Assembly: GCA_965216785.1 (NCBI GenBank)
Contig: OZ244197.1
Location: 2,508,349 to 2,572,348 of the forward strand
DNA length: 64,000 nucleotides
Source of the DNA: Thermodesulfobacteriota bacterium
GTDB taxonomy: Bacteria > Desulfobacterota_D > UBA1144 > Nemesobacterales > UBA2774
Direction of reading: 5' to 3'
Under the pieces are notes generated by a model. It was not told the origin of the DNA, did no database searches, and was given only the letters and a program-made list of their open reading frames with translations. Below are positions 56,969 to 64,000 of this stretch, one piece after another (position 1 is the stretch's first letter; each line of letters opens with the position of its first letter). Position numbers and translations under genes: made by a program.

Positions 56969-58342
56969 TTGGAGATTAAACAAAGACGCCTCTTCGGCAC
57001 AGACGGCATCAGGGGTGTAGCCAACAGTGAACCAATGACGCCCGAGATGAGCCTAAGGCTCGGGAAGGCACTCACTCATAGCCTGAAACAAAATAAGACT
57101 GATACCAAAAGACCAAAAATCGTTATAGGCAAGGACACCAGGCTCTCGGGGTATATGTTCGAGCAGGCTCTGTCTTCAGGCATAGCTTCAATGGGTGCGG
57201 ATGTTCTGTTAGTGGGTCCACTCCCCACACCTGCTATTGCGTTCATTACTTCCAGCATGCGGGCCGATGCCGGCATTGTCATTTCCGCATCTCATAACCC
57301 CTACCAGGATAACGGCATTAAAATATTTGACCGTCACGGTTTTAAGCTCCCCGATGAAAGAGAGATTGAGATTGAGGAGCTCATGAATAACGGAGATGCA
57401 GACCAGGTAAAAAGCTCCCCGAACGACATAGGTAAAGCATACAGGATTGACGACGCTCAGGGGCGCTACGTTGTATTTGTAAAGAACTCTTTCCCCGAAG
57501 ACCTAACTTTAGACGACGTGCGCTTAGTGCTCGACTGCGCAAACGGCGCTGCGTACAAGGTAGCGCCCACAGTGTTTCAGGAGCTTGGCGCGGAGCTCGT
57601 TACTATCGGTGTAAACCCGGACGGCGAAAATATCAACACCGAGTGCGGATCACTGAACCCCGAGCTTCTCTGCCAAGAAGTGCTCGATACCGGCTCCCAA
57701 GTCGGTATAGCCCTTGACGGTGACGCAGACAGGGTCATATTCTCCGATGAAAAGGGCAACATCGTAGACGGTGACAAAATCATAGCCATCTGCGCGACCG
57801 AGATGATAGAGAACGGGACTCTGCGCGGGAACGCGGTAGTTACTACCCTAATGAGCAATATGGCTCTTGAGAAATATATAACGGACAAGGGACTCGAATT
57901 CATTCGCACTCAGGTAGGAGACCGATACGTGGTCGAAGAAATGCGCAGGAGAAATTGTAATTTGGGAGGCGAGCAGTCCGGCCACATAATATTCCTTGAC
58001 CACACAACTACCGGCGACGGTACGCTAGCGGCACTTCAGCTGTTGGCGATTATGAAAAGAAAGGAGAAAACCCTTTCCGAGCTAGCTCGCATTTTCGATC
58101 TCTACCCCCAGGTATTATTAAATCTAAAGGTAAGGGAAAAGAAGAACCTCTCTGACATTCCGGGACTAAGCAAGCTGCTAGGCGAGCAGGAGAACCGCTT
58201 AAACGGCAAGGGCCGCATTAATATCAGATATTCAGGCACAGAGCCCATTGCAAGGGTTATGGTAGAAGGCGAAAACGACACTCTCATTAACGAGATAGCG
58301 GCGACGCTTACGGATAAGATTAGAAAAGAAATAGGAGCTTGA
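56969..58342 (+). CDS. glmM: Phosphoglucosamine mutase
   Basis: [36 protein letters not shown]. Confidence 0.95.
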   Translation: MEIKQRRLFGTDGIRGVANSEPMTPEMSLRLGKALTHSLKQNKTDTKRPKIVIGKDTRLSGYMFEQALSSGIASMGADVLLVGPLPTPAIAFITSSMRADAGIVISASHNPYQDNGIKIFDRHGFKLPDEREIEIEELMNNGDADQVKSSPNDIGKAYRIDDAQGRYVVFVKNSFPEDLTLDDVRLVLDCANGAAYKVAPTVFQELGAELVTIGVNPDGENINTECGSLNPELLCQEVLDTGSQVGIALDGDADRVIFSDEKGNIVDGDKIIAICATEMIENGTLRGNAVVTTLMSNMALEKYITDKGLEFIRTQVGDRYVVEEMRRRNCNLGGEQSGHIIFLDHTTTGDGTLAALQLLAIMKRKEKTLSELARIFDLYPQVLLNLKVREKKNLSDIPGLSKLLGEQENRLNGKGRINIRYSGTEPIARVMVEGENDTLINEIAATLTDKIRKEIGA

Positions 58343-59061
58343 TACAGATGCCGAAATTGAATGTAAATATAGATCATGTAGCGACCATAAGACAGGCAAG
58401 AGGCGGGGTCGAGCCAGATCCTGTGGCCGCCGCCGTGCTTGCTGAGCTCTCGGGGGCCGACGGTATTGTCGTACATTTGAGAGAAGATCGAAGACACATC
58501 CAGGACAGAGACTTAAGACTCCTAAGAGAGACAGTAAAAACAAAGCTCAATATGGAAATGGCCGCAACTGAGGAAATGGTGCAGATAGCAAAAGCGGTGC
58601 TGCCCGACATGGTAACCCTTGTGCCCGAGAAAAGAAAGGAGCTTACTACCGAGGGGGGCCTTGATGTTAAGGGTAGCTATAAAAACGTGTCGCGCACTGT
58701 TAGAGAGTTAAAGACAAGCGGGATCTTCGTGAGCCTCTTCATCGATCCGGACCAAGAGCAGATAAAGATATCTAAAGAAGCGGGCGCCCACATGGTAGAG
58801 CTCCACACTGGCAATTATTCCGACGCGGCGAATGAAGACGAAATGGAGCGTGAGCTTGATAAGATCGAAAGTGCGGTTCACGCGGCGGTAAAAGCAGGCC
58901 TAAGAGTTGCCGCCGGGCACGGGCTTGACTACAAGAACACTGAATACGTAGCTCAGTTCGAGGACATAGAAGAGCTTAACATCGGCCACAGCATTGTCTC
59001 AAGAGCAGTTCTTGTCGGTATGGAAAAAGCCGTAAGCGATATGCTTATACTCTGCAGCTAA
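58339..59061 (+). CDS. pdxJ: Pyridoxine 5'-phosphate synthase
   Basis: [45 protein letters not shown]. Confidence 0.95.
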   Translation: MIQMPKLNVNIDHVATIRQARGGVEPDPVAAAVLAELSGADGIVVHLREDRRHIQDRDLRLLRETVKTKLNMEMAATEEMVQIAKAVLPDMVTLVPEKRKELTTEGGLDVKGSYKNVSRTVRELKTSGIFVSLFIDPDQEQIKISKEAGAHMVELHTGNYSDAANEDEMERELDKIESAVHAAVKAGLRVAAGHGLDYKNTEYVAQFEDIEELNIGHSIVSRAVLVGMEKAVSDMLILCS

Positions 59062-59086
59062 TTCCGTCAATCAAACACAACAAGCA

Positions 59087-59176
59087 GTCATTGCGAGGTT
59101 CCAAAGGAGCCGCGGCAATCCCCAACAAAAACAGGATCAATCAATCCCCGAAGCTTTCGAAGGGCTCAGGACAAAC
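59087..59176. repeat. REP-like elements (GTCATTGCGAG...GCAATCCCC copy plus CTTTCGA...GCTCAGGACAAAC)
   Basis: 59087-59123 matches 33778-33814 at both ends; 59154-59176 resembles the CTTCGA...GCTCAGGA core of the 7301 array. Confidence 0.6.
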
Positions 59177-59241
59177 TGGATCAGTCTCCTTAAATTAACA
59201 ACTAGGAAATGGAACAATACAGAAGTTTCAATAAGTTTAAT

Positions 59242-59703
59242 CTAAGATTCGCTACAGGAAGAGCAAAGCCCGTAAATCTGGAGCTTATGGTCTTTTACGT
59301 TAAATTGGTTTAATTTCGCTATCTGGTTCAGACAAAGCTCAATCTGTGTATTGGCAAACTCATATACATTCCCGCAGTTAGTGCATATCATATGATGATG
59401 GTGCTCTGTCTCAGAGCGTATGGGCTCGTAACGCGCCTTGCCGTCACCAAAGTCCCTTTCTGCGGCGATACCGGACTCTCTGAATAACTTGAGTGTCCTG
59501 TACACTGTAGCAAAGCCTATCTTAGGGTGGTTCTTTTTTATATTCTCGTAAAACTCCTCAACGGTAACGTGCTTACCCATATAATTATTAAAGAACTCGT
59601 CAAAGATAACATCTCTTTGCTTCGTTGACTTAAGCTGCATTCTCGAAATATAATCGTTAAGTGTTTTTCTTCGTTCCATTTTTCTTTTTGCCACAGGTGT
59701 CAT
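59242..59703 (-). CDS. fur: Fur-family transcriptional regulator
   Basis: TKQR, IGFATVYRTL, HHHHMICTNCG, CSSC. Confidence 0.88.
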   Translation of the reverse strand: MTPVAKRKMERRKTLNDYISRMQLKSTKQRDVIFDEFFNNYMGKHVTVEEFYENIKKNHPKIGFATVYRTLKLFRESGIAAERDFGDGKARYEPIRSETEHHHHMICTNCGNVYEFANTQIELCLNQIAKLNQFNVKDHKLQIYGLCSSCSES

Positions 59704-59720
59704 ATTTTATTCCTCTTTCC

Positions 59721-59739
59721 GATATTGAATATAATTATC
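59721..59739. promoter_or_regulatory. Putative Fur box upstream of fur
   Basis: GATATTGAATATAATTATC matches 15 of 19 positions of GATAATGATAATCATTATC. Confidence 0.55.
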
Positions 59740-59860
59740 AATAATAACCTAAAGAGGATAAAATATCAAGAGGTCAAAGCTACTATTTGCAAATCATTAC
59801 CATTACGGTCTTTTTAATTGTGATATAATACCCAAGACCTCTTCCAAAGATAAATATAAC

Positions 59861-61114
59861 ATGCCTCAAAACCCTATACTATATCTAAACTCTCTCGGCC
59901 TTCATAAAGTAAAACCCGGCCTGGAAAGAATAAAGAAGATACTTGGAGCCCTCAATAACCCTGAGCAAAAGGTTCCTGGAATCATTGTCGCCGGCACTAA
60001 CGGTAAAGGCTCGGTTTCAGCCTCAATTTCCGCAGTACTATGCGAGGCAGGTTATAAAACGGGTCTCTACACCTCCCCTCATTTGATAAATCTTAATGAG
60101 AGAATCAGAATTAATGGAGAAAAGATAAAGGAAAAAGAGCTCACTGATTATATCGAACGGGTTAGAAGCGCGTCTGAAAAGAGCGCTGTAGAGCCGAGTT
60201 CTTTTGAGGTGCTCACTGCCTGCGCATATCTATATTTTGCCGATAACGACAATGATTTTAATATCCTTGAAGTAGGCTTGGGTGGAAGGTGGGACGCGAC
60301 GAACGTCATTAAACCTCTAGTGTCCGTAATCACCAATATTTCTGCTGACCATACCGAGTACCTGGGGGACAGTCTTTCGGAAATAGCCGCTGAAAAGGCT
60401 TGTATTATTAAACCCGCCACACCTGTAGTAACCGGAGCACGGGATGAAGCACTCGAAGTAGTAAAGAGCGAAGCAATTAAACACTCTTGCGAGCTATACA
60501 TATCCGGCAAAGACTTTAAACTGACCCACACCGCAGACAAGGGGCTATGTTATATGGGTAATATATGGAATATAGGCAATATTACATCCACCTTAAAAGG
60601 ATTGTACCAATATGAGAATCTGGCTCTCGCCGTAAAGGTCTTGGAGAAGCTCGCAGAGTCGGGACAAATAAAACTTGAAGTACAAACATTAAGAGAAGGT
60701 CTCTCCAATATCAACTGGGAGGGAAGGTTTCAGATCGTTAGAGATACCCCTCCCCTTATCCTGGACAGCGCTCACAATTCTGGCGCCGCAAAGGCTCTCA
60801 TCTCTTCGCTTACAGACAATTATCCGGGTGTTAAGTTTACGTTTCTGATTGCTATGCTTGAAGATAAAGACCACGGCGCGTTTATAAATGAAATAGCTCA
60901 GAATGCAGCTAAGATAATTATTACAAAAGCGCCGTCCGAAAGGAGTGCGGATACAAAGGCTTTATATAATTTTGCCAAAGAGCATACTAATAATGTTGTG
61001 ATTATAGAGGATTACGAAGAGGCATACAGTGGTTTAATCAAAAACGGCGCACCCGGATGCGTCACAGGATCGCTTTACTTAATTGGTGCGCTCCTGGATT
61101 TTACTTCTGAATAG
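59861..61114 (+). CDS. folC: Folylpolyglutamate synthase/dihydrofolate synthase
   Basis: VAGTNGKGS, YTSPHL, LEVGLGGRWDATN, WEGRFQ, LDSAHN, GSLYLIG. Confidence 0.94.
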   Translation: MPQNPILYLNSLGLHKVKPGLERIKKILGALNNPEQKVPGIIVAGTNGKGSVSASISAVLCEAGYKTGLYTSPHLINLNERIRINGEKIKEKELTDYIERVRSASEKSAVEPSSFEVLTACAYLYFADNDNDFNILEVGLGGRWDATNVIKPLVSVITNISADHTEYLGDSLSEIAAEKACIIKPATPVVTGARDEALEVVKSEAIKHSCELYISGKDFKLTHTADKGLCYMGNIWNIGNITSTLKGLYQYENLALAVKVLEKLAESGQIKLEVQTLREGLSNINWEGRFQIVRDTPPLILDSAHNSGAAKALISSLTDNYPGVKFTFLIAMLEDKDHGAFINEIAQNAAKIIITKAPSERSADTKALYNFAKEHTNNVVIIEDYEEAYSGLIKNGAPGCVTGSLYLIGALLDFTSE

Positions 61115-61216
61115 GTTCCAGATATATAAAAATCTAAACTCTATATAAATCAAATTTATGGTTTCTATGAATAAATTCATGTGCTAGCATTTAAATCACA
61201 AAGGAGAGTGTGAATT

Positions 61217-62254
61217 ATGCCCAAAGTTGGAATAGTGCTGGACAAGCTCTATGTAGATCACGATAACGGCATGGGCCATCCCGAGACCCATGAGAGGATT
61301 CTTGCCATCGTGGACATGCTCAATTTTACTAAGCTCATAGACGAAGTCGTGAAGATCACGCCGAGAGACGCGACCAAAGAAGAAATCACACTAGTACATA
61401 CGGCAGAGCATTTTGATAAGATGGCTTCCACGAAAGGTAAACCCAAAGTGTTTTTGGACGCAGACACCTCCACTTGCCCGGTTTCTTTTGACGCTGCCGT
61501 AAGAGCCTCAGGCGGCATGCTATCCGCAATTGATAGCATTCTGGAAGGAGAAGTAGACAGAGCTATGCCGCTCGTAAGACCCCCCGGGCATCACGCAGAG
61601 GCCGACAGGGCTATGGGGTTTTGTCTATTTAACCACGTCGCCGTGGGCGCCGCATACCTAACACGCATAAAAGGGCTCAGCCGCGTGCTCGTAGTAGACT
61701 GGGATTTACACCATGGAAACGGAACGCAGCATATGTTTTATGACGACCCCTCTGTGCTTTACTTCTCCACACACCAGCACCCCTTTTACCCCGGCACCGG
61801 CAGCCTCAACGAAAAAGGAAGCGGAGAGGGAGAAGGCTATAATATTAATGTCCCCCTGCCCCCGGGTATGGGAGACTCAGAGTACATTAAGATATTCACC
61901 GAGATATTAGCTCCTGTAGTAAAGCAATTTAAACCTGAGTTTATTCTGGTTTCTGCAGGTTTCGACACATTCCTGGAAGACCCTCTAGGAGGCATGAAAG
62001 TCACCCCCGAAGGGTTCGCCAAGCAGACGAGATTCCTAACAGACCTTGCCGATAAGTACTGCCGAGGCAAGGTTGTGTTCATTTTGGAAGGCGGCTACAA
62101 CCTAGACGGCCTGTGGATATCGAGCAAAGAAGTAGTCGAAGAGCTGCTTGACAAAAAGAAAAGTGATTACAGTGTACTAGAAGACACTGCTCAAGTAGAT
62201 TCTATTATAGAAAATGTAAAAAAAGAGTACTCAAAATACTGGGATTTTAGCTGA
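61217..62254 (+). CDS. Histone deacetylase-family (AcuC/AphA-like) protein
   Basis: HPETHER, RPPGHHA, GFCLFN, DWDLHHGNGTQ, SAGFD, LEGGY. Confidence 0.92.
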   Translation: MPKVGIVLDKLYVDHDNGMGHPETHERILAIVDMLNFTKLIDEVVKITPRDATKEEITLVHTAEHFDKMASTKGKPKVFLDADTSTCPVSFDAAVRASGGMLSAIDSILEGEVDRAMPLVRPPGHHAEADRAMGFCLFNHVAVGAAYLTRIKGLSRVLVVDWDLHHGNGTQHMFYDDPSVLYFSTHQHPFYPGTGSLNEKGSGEGEGYNINVPLPPGMGDSEYIKIFTEILAPVVKQFKPEFILVSAGFDTFLEDPLGGMKVTPEGFAKQTRFLTDLADKYCRGKVVFILEGGYNLDGLWISSKEVVEELLDKKKSDYSVLEDTAQVDSIIENVKKEYSKYWDFS

Positions 62255-63086
62255 CCCTGCTCTTACGCATCTCTTTTCTATAGTCCTTTCCCTCAAGATA
62301 CATAAACTCGCACATCTCATAGAGCCTTGAAGCGATCCTCTCCCCTATCCTGACCTCAAGAATCTCCTTATCCTCACCTATCTCCCTTGCAATGTCAGAG
62401 GAGATATAATTTGTTGTAATTACGGTTTTCTTTGAAGAGTTATAACGTTTGGATATGAGCTGGTCCAGTATGTTAAGTTCCCATTCGTTACTCCTTCCCT
62501 TACCAAGCTCATCTATCACCAGAACCTCTGTCTCTATAAGAGGGACTATAACTTCATTTTCAGGAGTACCTTCAGAGTAGGCCTGTTTTAACTCTGAGAG
62601 AAGATAAAAGAAGTCTTTAAACATGCATCTCACACCGTGATAAAGCGTAAGCTCGGAAATCGTTCCGATAGCAAGGTGTGTTTTGCCCAAACCGGACGGA
62701 CCCATTAACAAAAAACCCTTTTTAGTAGGGTATTTCTTAACAAATTCGTTCTTTGCGTATGTAAGCGCGTGTTGAAGGGGTTTATTTATTTTCCTCGGAT
62801 CGAGTCCCGCGTCCACCTGAAGAACGCGTGAATACTTAGCGGGCACGCCCGCCAGGTTATAGAGCTTAACGTTTCTCCTGACTACGCCGCAGAGACTGCA
62901 TGGGGCAACATAGGAGTAACCGCTTTTTTTCTGAGACAATACGCTTCCCGACCCCCCGCACTCAACACAGTGCTCGATACAGCTGCAAAGCTCCGCGCGT
63001 GCATATGTCTCGCCCTCTAATACGTGAAACCCCGAATAGTGACAATCGTCACAGCCCACCTGCTGTCTTTTAATCTCCATACTCAC
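62247..63086 (-). CDS. DnaC/DnaI/IstB-like AAA+ ATPase with an eight-Cys N-terminal zinc-binding region
   Basis: CDDC, CSC, CVEC, CSLC; Walker A GPSGLGKTHL; Walker B VLVIDELG; TTVITTN-like motif; RIASRL. Confidence 0.85.
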   Translation of the reverse strand: MSMEIKRQQVGCDDCHYSGFHVLEGETYARAELCSCIEHCVECGGSGSVLSQKKSGYSYVAPCSLCGVVRRNVKLYNLAGVPAKYSRVLQVDAGLDPRKINKPLQHALTYAKNEFVKKYPTKKGFLLMGPSGLGKTHLAIGTISELTLYHGVRCMFKDFFYLLSELKQAYSEGTPENEVIVPLIETEVLVIDELGKGRSNEWELNILDQLISKRYNSSKKTVITTNYISSDIAREIGEDKEILEVRIGERIASRLYEMCEFMYLEGKDYRKEMRKSRVS

Positions 63087-63088
63087 CG

Positions 63089-63745
63089 TCAGTCGTAACT
63101 ATACAAATACTTAACTCCATACTTATTATGAATGATTTCATTCCGAAATGATATAACGCTCTCAGAAAACGCCTTCTCCGTCATGTAGCGCCCCCTTCCC
63201 TTCACCCTAGTTTCAGCATCGAGCGCAATCGTGCTCCTTTCCTCTTCAGGAAGAGCATTAAAGAATTTCTCCAAGCAATCAGCCTCAATAGACAGAATCC
63301 TGCCTAGGACATTCTCTTCGGGGGCTCCTTCCAAGTCCAAAACCCTGTTTCTCAGCATTATATAATAATCACGCACATCTGTCCTTTTCTCCTCGTTTAT
63401 ATAGCCGCCTAGCTTTTGTGCGGCTTCGCCGATAATCCCCGTGTGTTCCTTATTTGATTCCTCAGATATTTTCCTCTCTTTTAAGGGGCTGTACTCCTCT
63501 ATACTCTCCTCGATAAATGAAGAACACTGCTTCATGCTTCTTACTCTATTCTTCCCATCGTCATCATCTGCATTTAGCTTCTCAAATGCCCTACTTATTC
63601 CCCGGAGCACAACCTCTTTAGGTATTTGTCTGTCCCGGAGCTTCGATATCACCGTGTAGTCCTCAGAAGAGAGCATAATCCCCTCCCCCGCTAGCGAGAG
63701 AAAATACTTCTCCACATCCCTAATATACCCGCCGCTATCAGTCAT
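63089..63745 (-). CDS. Hypothetical protein with a DnaD-like N-terminal helical domain
   Basis: VEKYF...MLSSEDYTVISKLRDRQIPKEVVLRGISRAF resembles the DnaD/DnaB_2 pattern; 2 nt upstream of the ATPase. Confidence 0.55.
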   Translation of the reverse strand: MTDSGGYIRDVEKYFLSLAGEGIMLSSEDYTVISKLRDRQIPKEVVLRGISRAFEKLNADDDDGKNRVRSMKQCSSFIEESIEEYSPLKERKISEESNKEHTGIIGEAAQKLGGYINEEKRTDVRDYYIMLRNRVLDLEGAPEENVLGRILSIEADCLEKFFNALPEEERSTIALDAETRVKGRGRYMTEKAFSESVISFRNEIIHNKYGVKYLYSYD

Positions 63746-64000
63746 CGTTTCCCTGGGCCAGCCCCCTCATCTCAGCTATTGTCTCGGTATAATCAGATGT
63801 GCCGAAGATTCCCGAGCCTGAGACTATTACGTCAGCGCCCGCATCGGCAATCAGTTTTACGTTGTCTAACTTTATGCCTCCGTCGACTTGAATCAGGGGT
63901 CTATGATCCCGCCCGTCAATAATCTCGCGCAGCCTACTTACCTTGGGCGCCATTGAGGGAATGAACTTTTGTCCCGGAAAGCCTGGCTCAACGGTCATTA
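63738..64000 (-). CDS. rpe: Ribulose-phosphate 3-epimerase, C-terminal part (truncated by the window edge)
   Basis: MTVEPGFPGQKF, IQVDGGI, AGADVIVSGS. Confidence 0.9.
   Translation of the reverse strand, partial: MTVEPGFPGQKFIPSMAPKVSRLREIIDGRDHRPLIQVDGGIKLDNVKLIADAGADVIVSGSGIFGTSDYTETIAEMRGLAQGNDD

Noticed and set aside
62247-63086. IS21 element (IstB) or prophage replication module
   Set aside because: No istA, terminal inverted repeats, integrase or phage structural genes nearby; tightly coupled to rpe.

Overview
A 64-kb chromosomal window from a diderm bacterium. The ftsH-folP-cdaA-cdaR-glmM-pdxJ gene order is reminiscent of deltaproteobacteria-like lineages (inference). Most of it is housekeeping: an MlaE/F/D-PqiC-like ABC operon, a pyruvate dehydrogenase cluster (lipB, two lpdA, aceE, aceF), ileS, lutABC, purEK, PBP1A, cysK, ftsH through pdxJ, fur, folC, an HDAC-family gene and a partial rpe. 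I found no rRNA, tRNA, CRISPR array, integrase or transposase. Main non-obvious observations: (1) a 28-bp dif site at 42420-42447, around which GGGNAGGG (KOPS-like) octamers switch strand, so the window probably spans the replication terminus; (2) a family of short modular repeats (GGACAGAGGC-variable module-TAAAAT) forming three arrays with shuffled module order; (3) an AT-rich two-gene cassette beside dinB encoding a divergent nucleotidyl-cyclase-like protein; (4) an unannotated 23-aa membrane peptide gene with its own promoter, SD and terminator; (5) four genes each with a single lesion (MEDS-LuxR in-frame TAA, response regulator frameshift, comEA in-frame TAG, a lipoprotein with ATT at the start position); (6) a deiodinase-like protein and a DnaD-like/DnaI-like gene pair. 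All family calls come from motif recognition by eye, not database searches.
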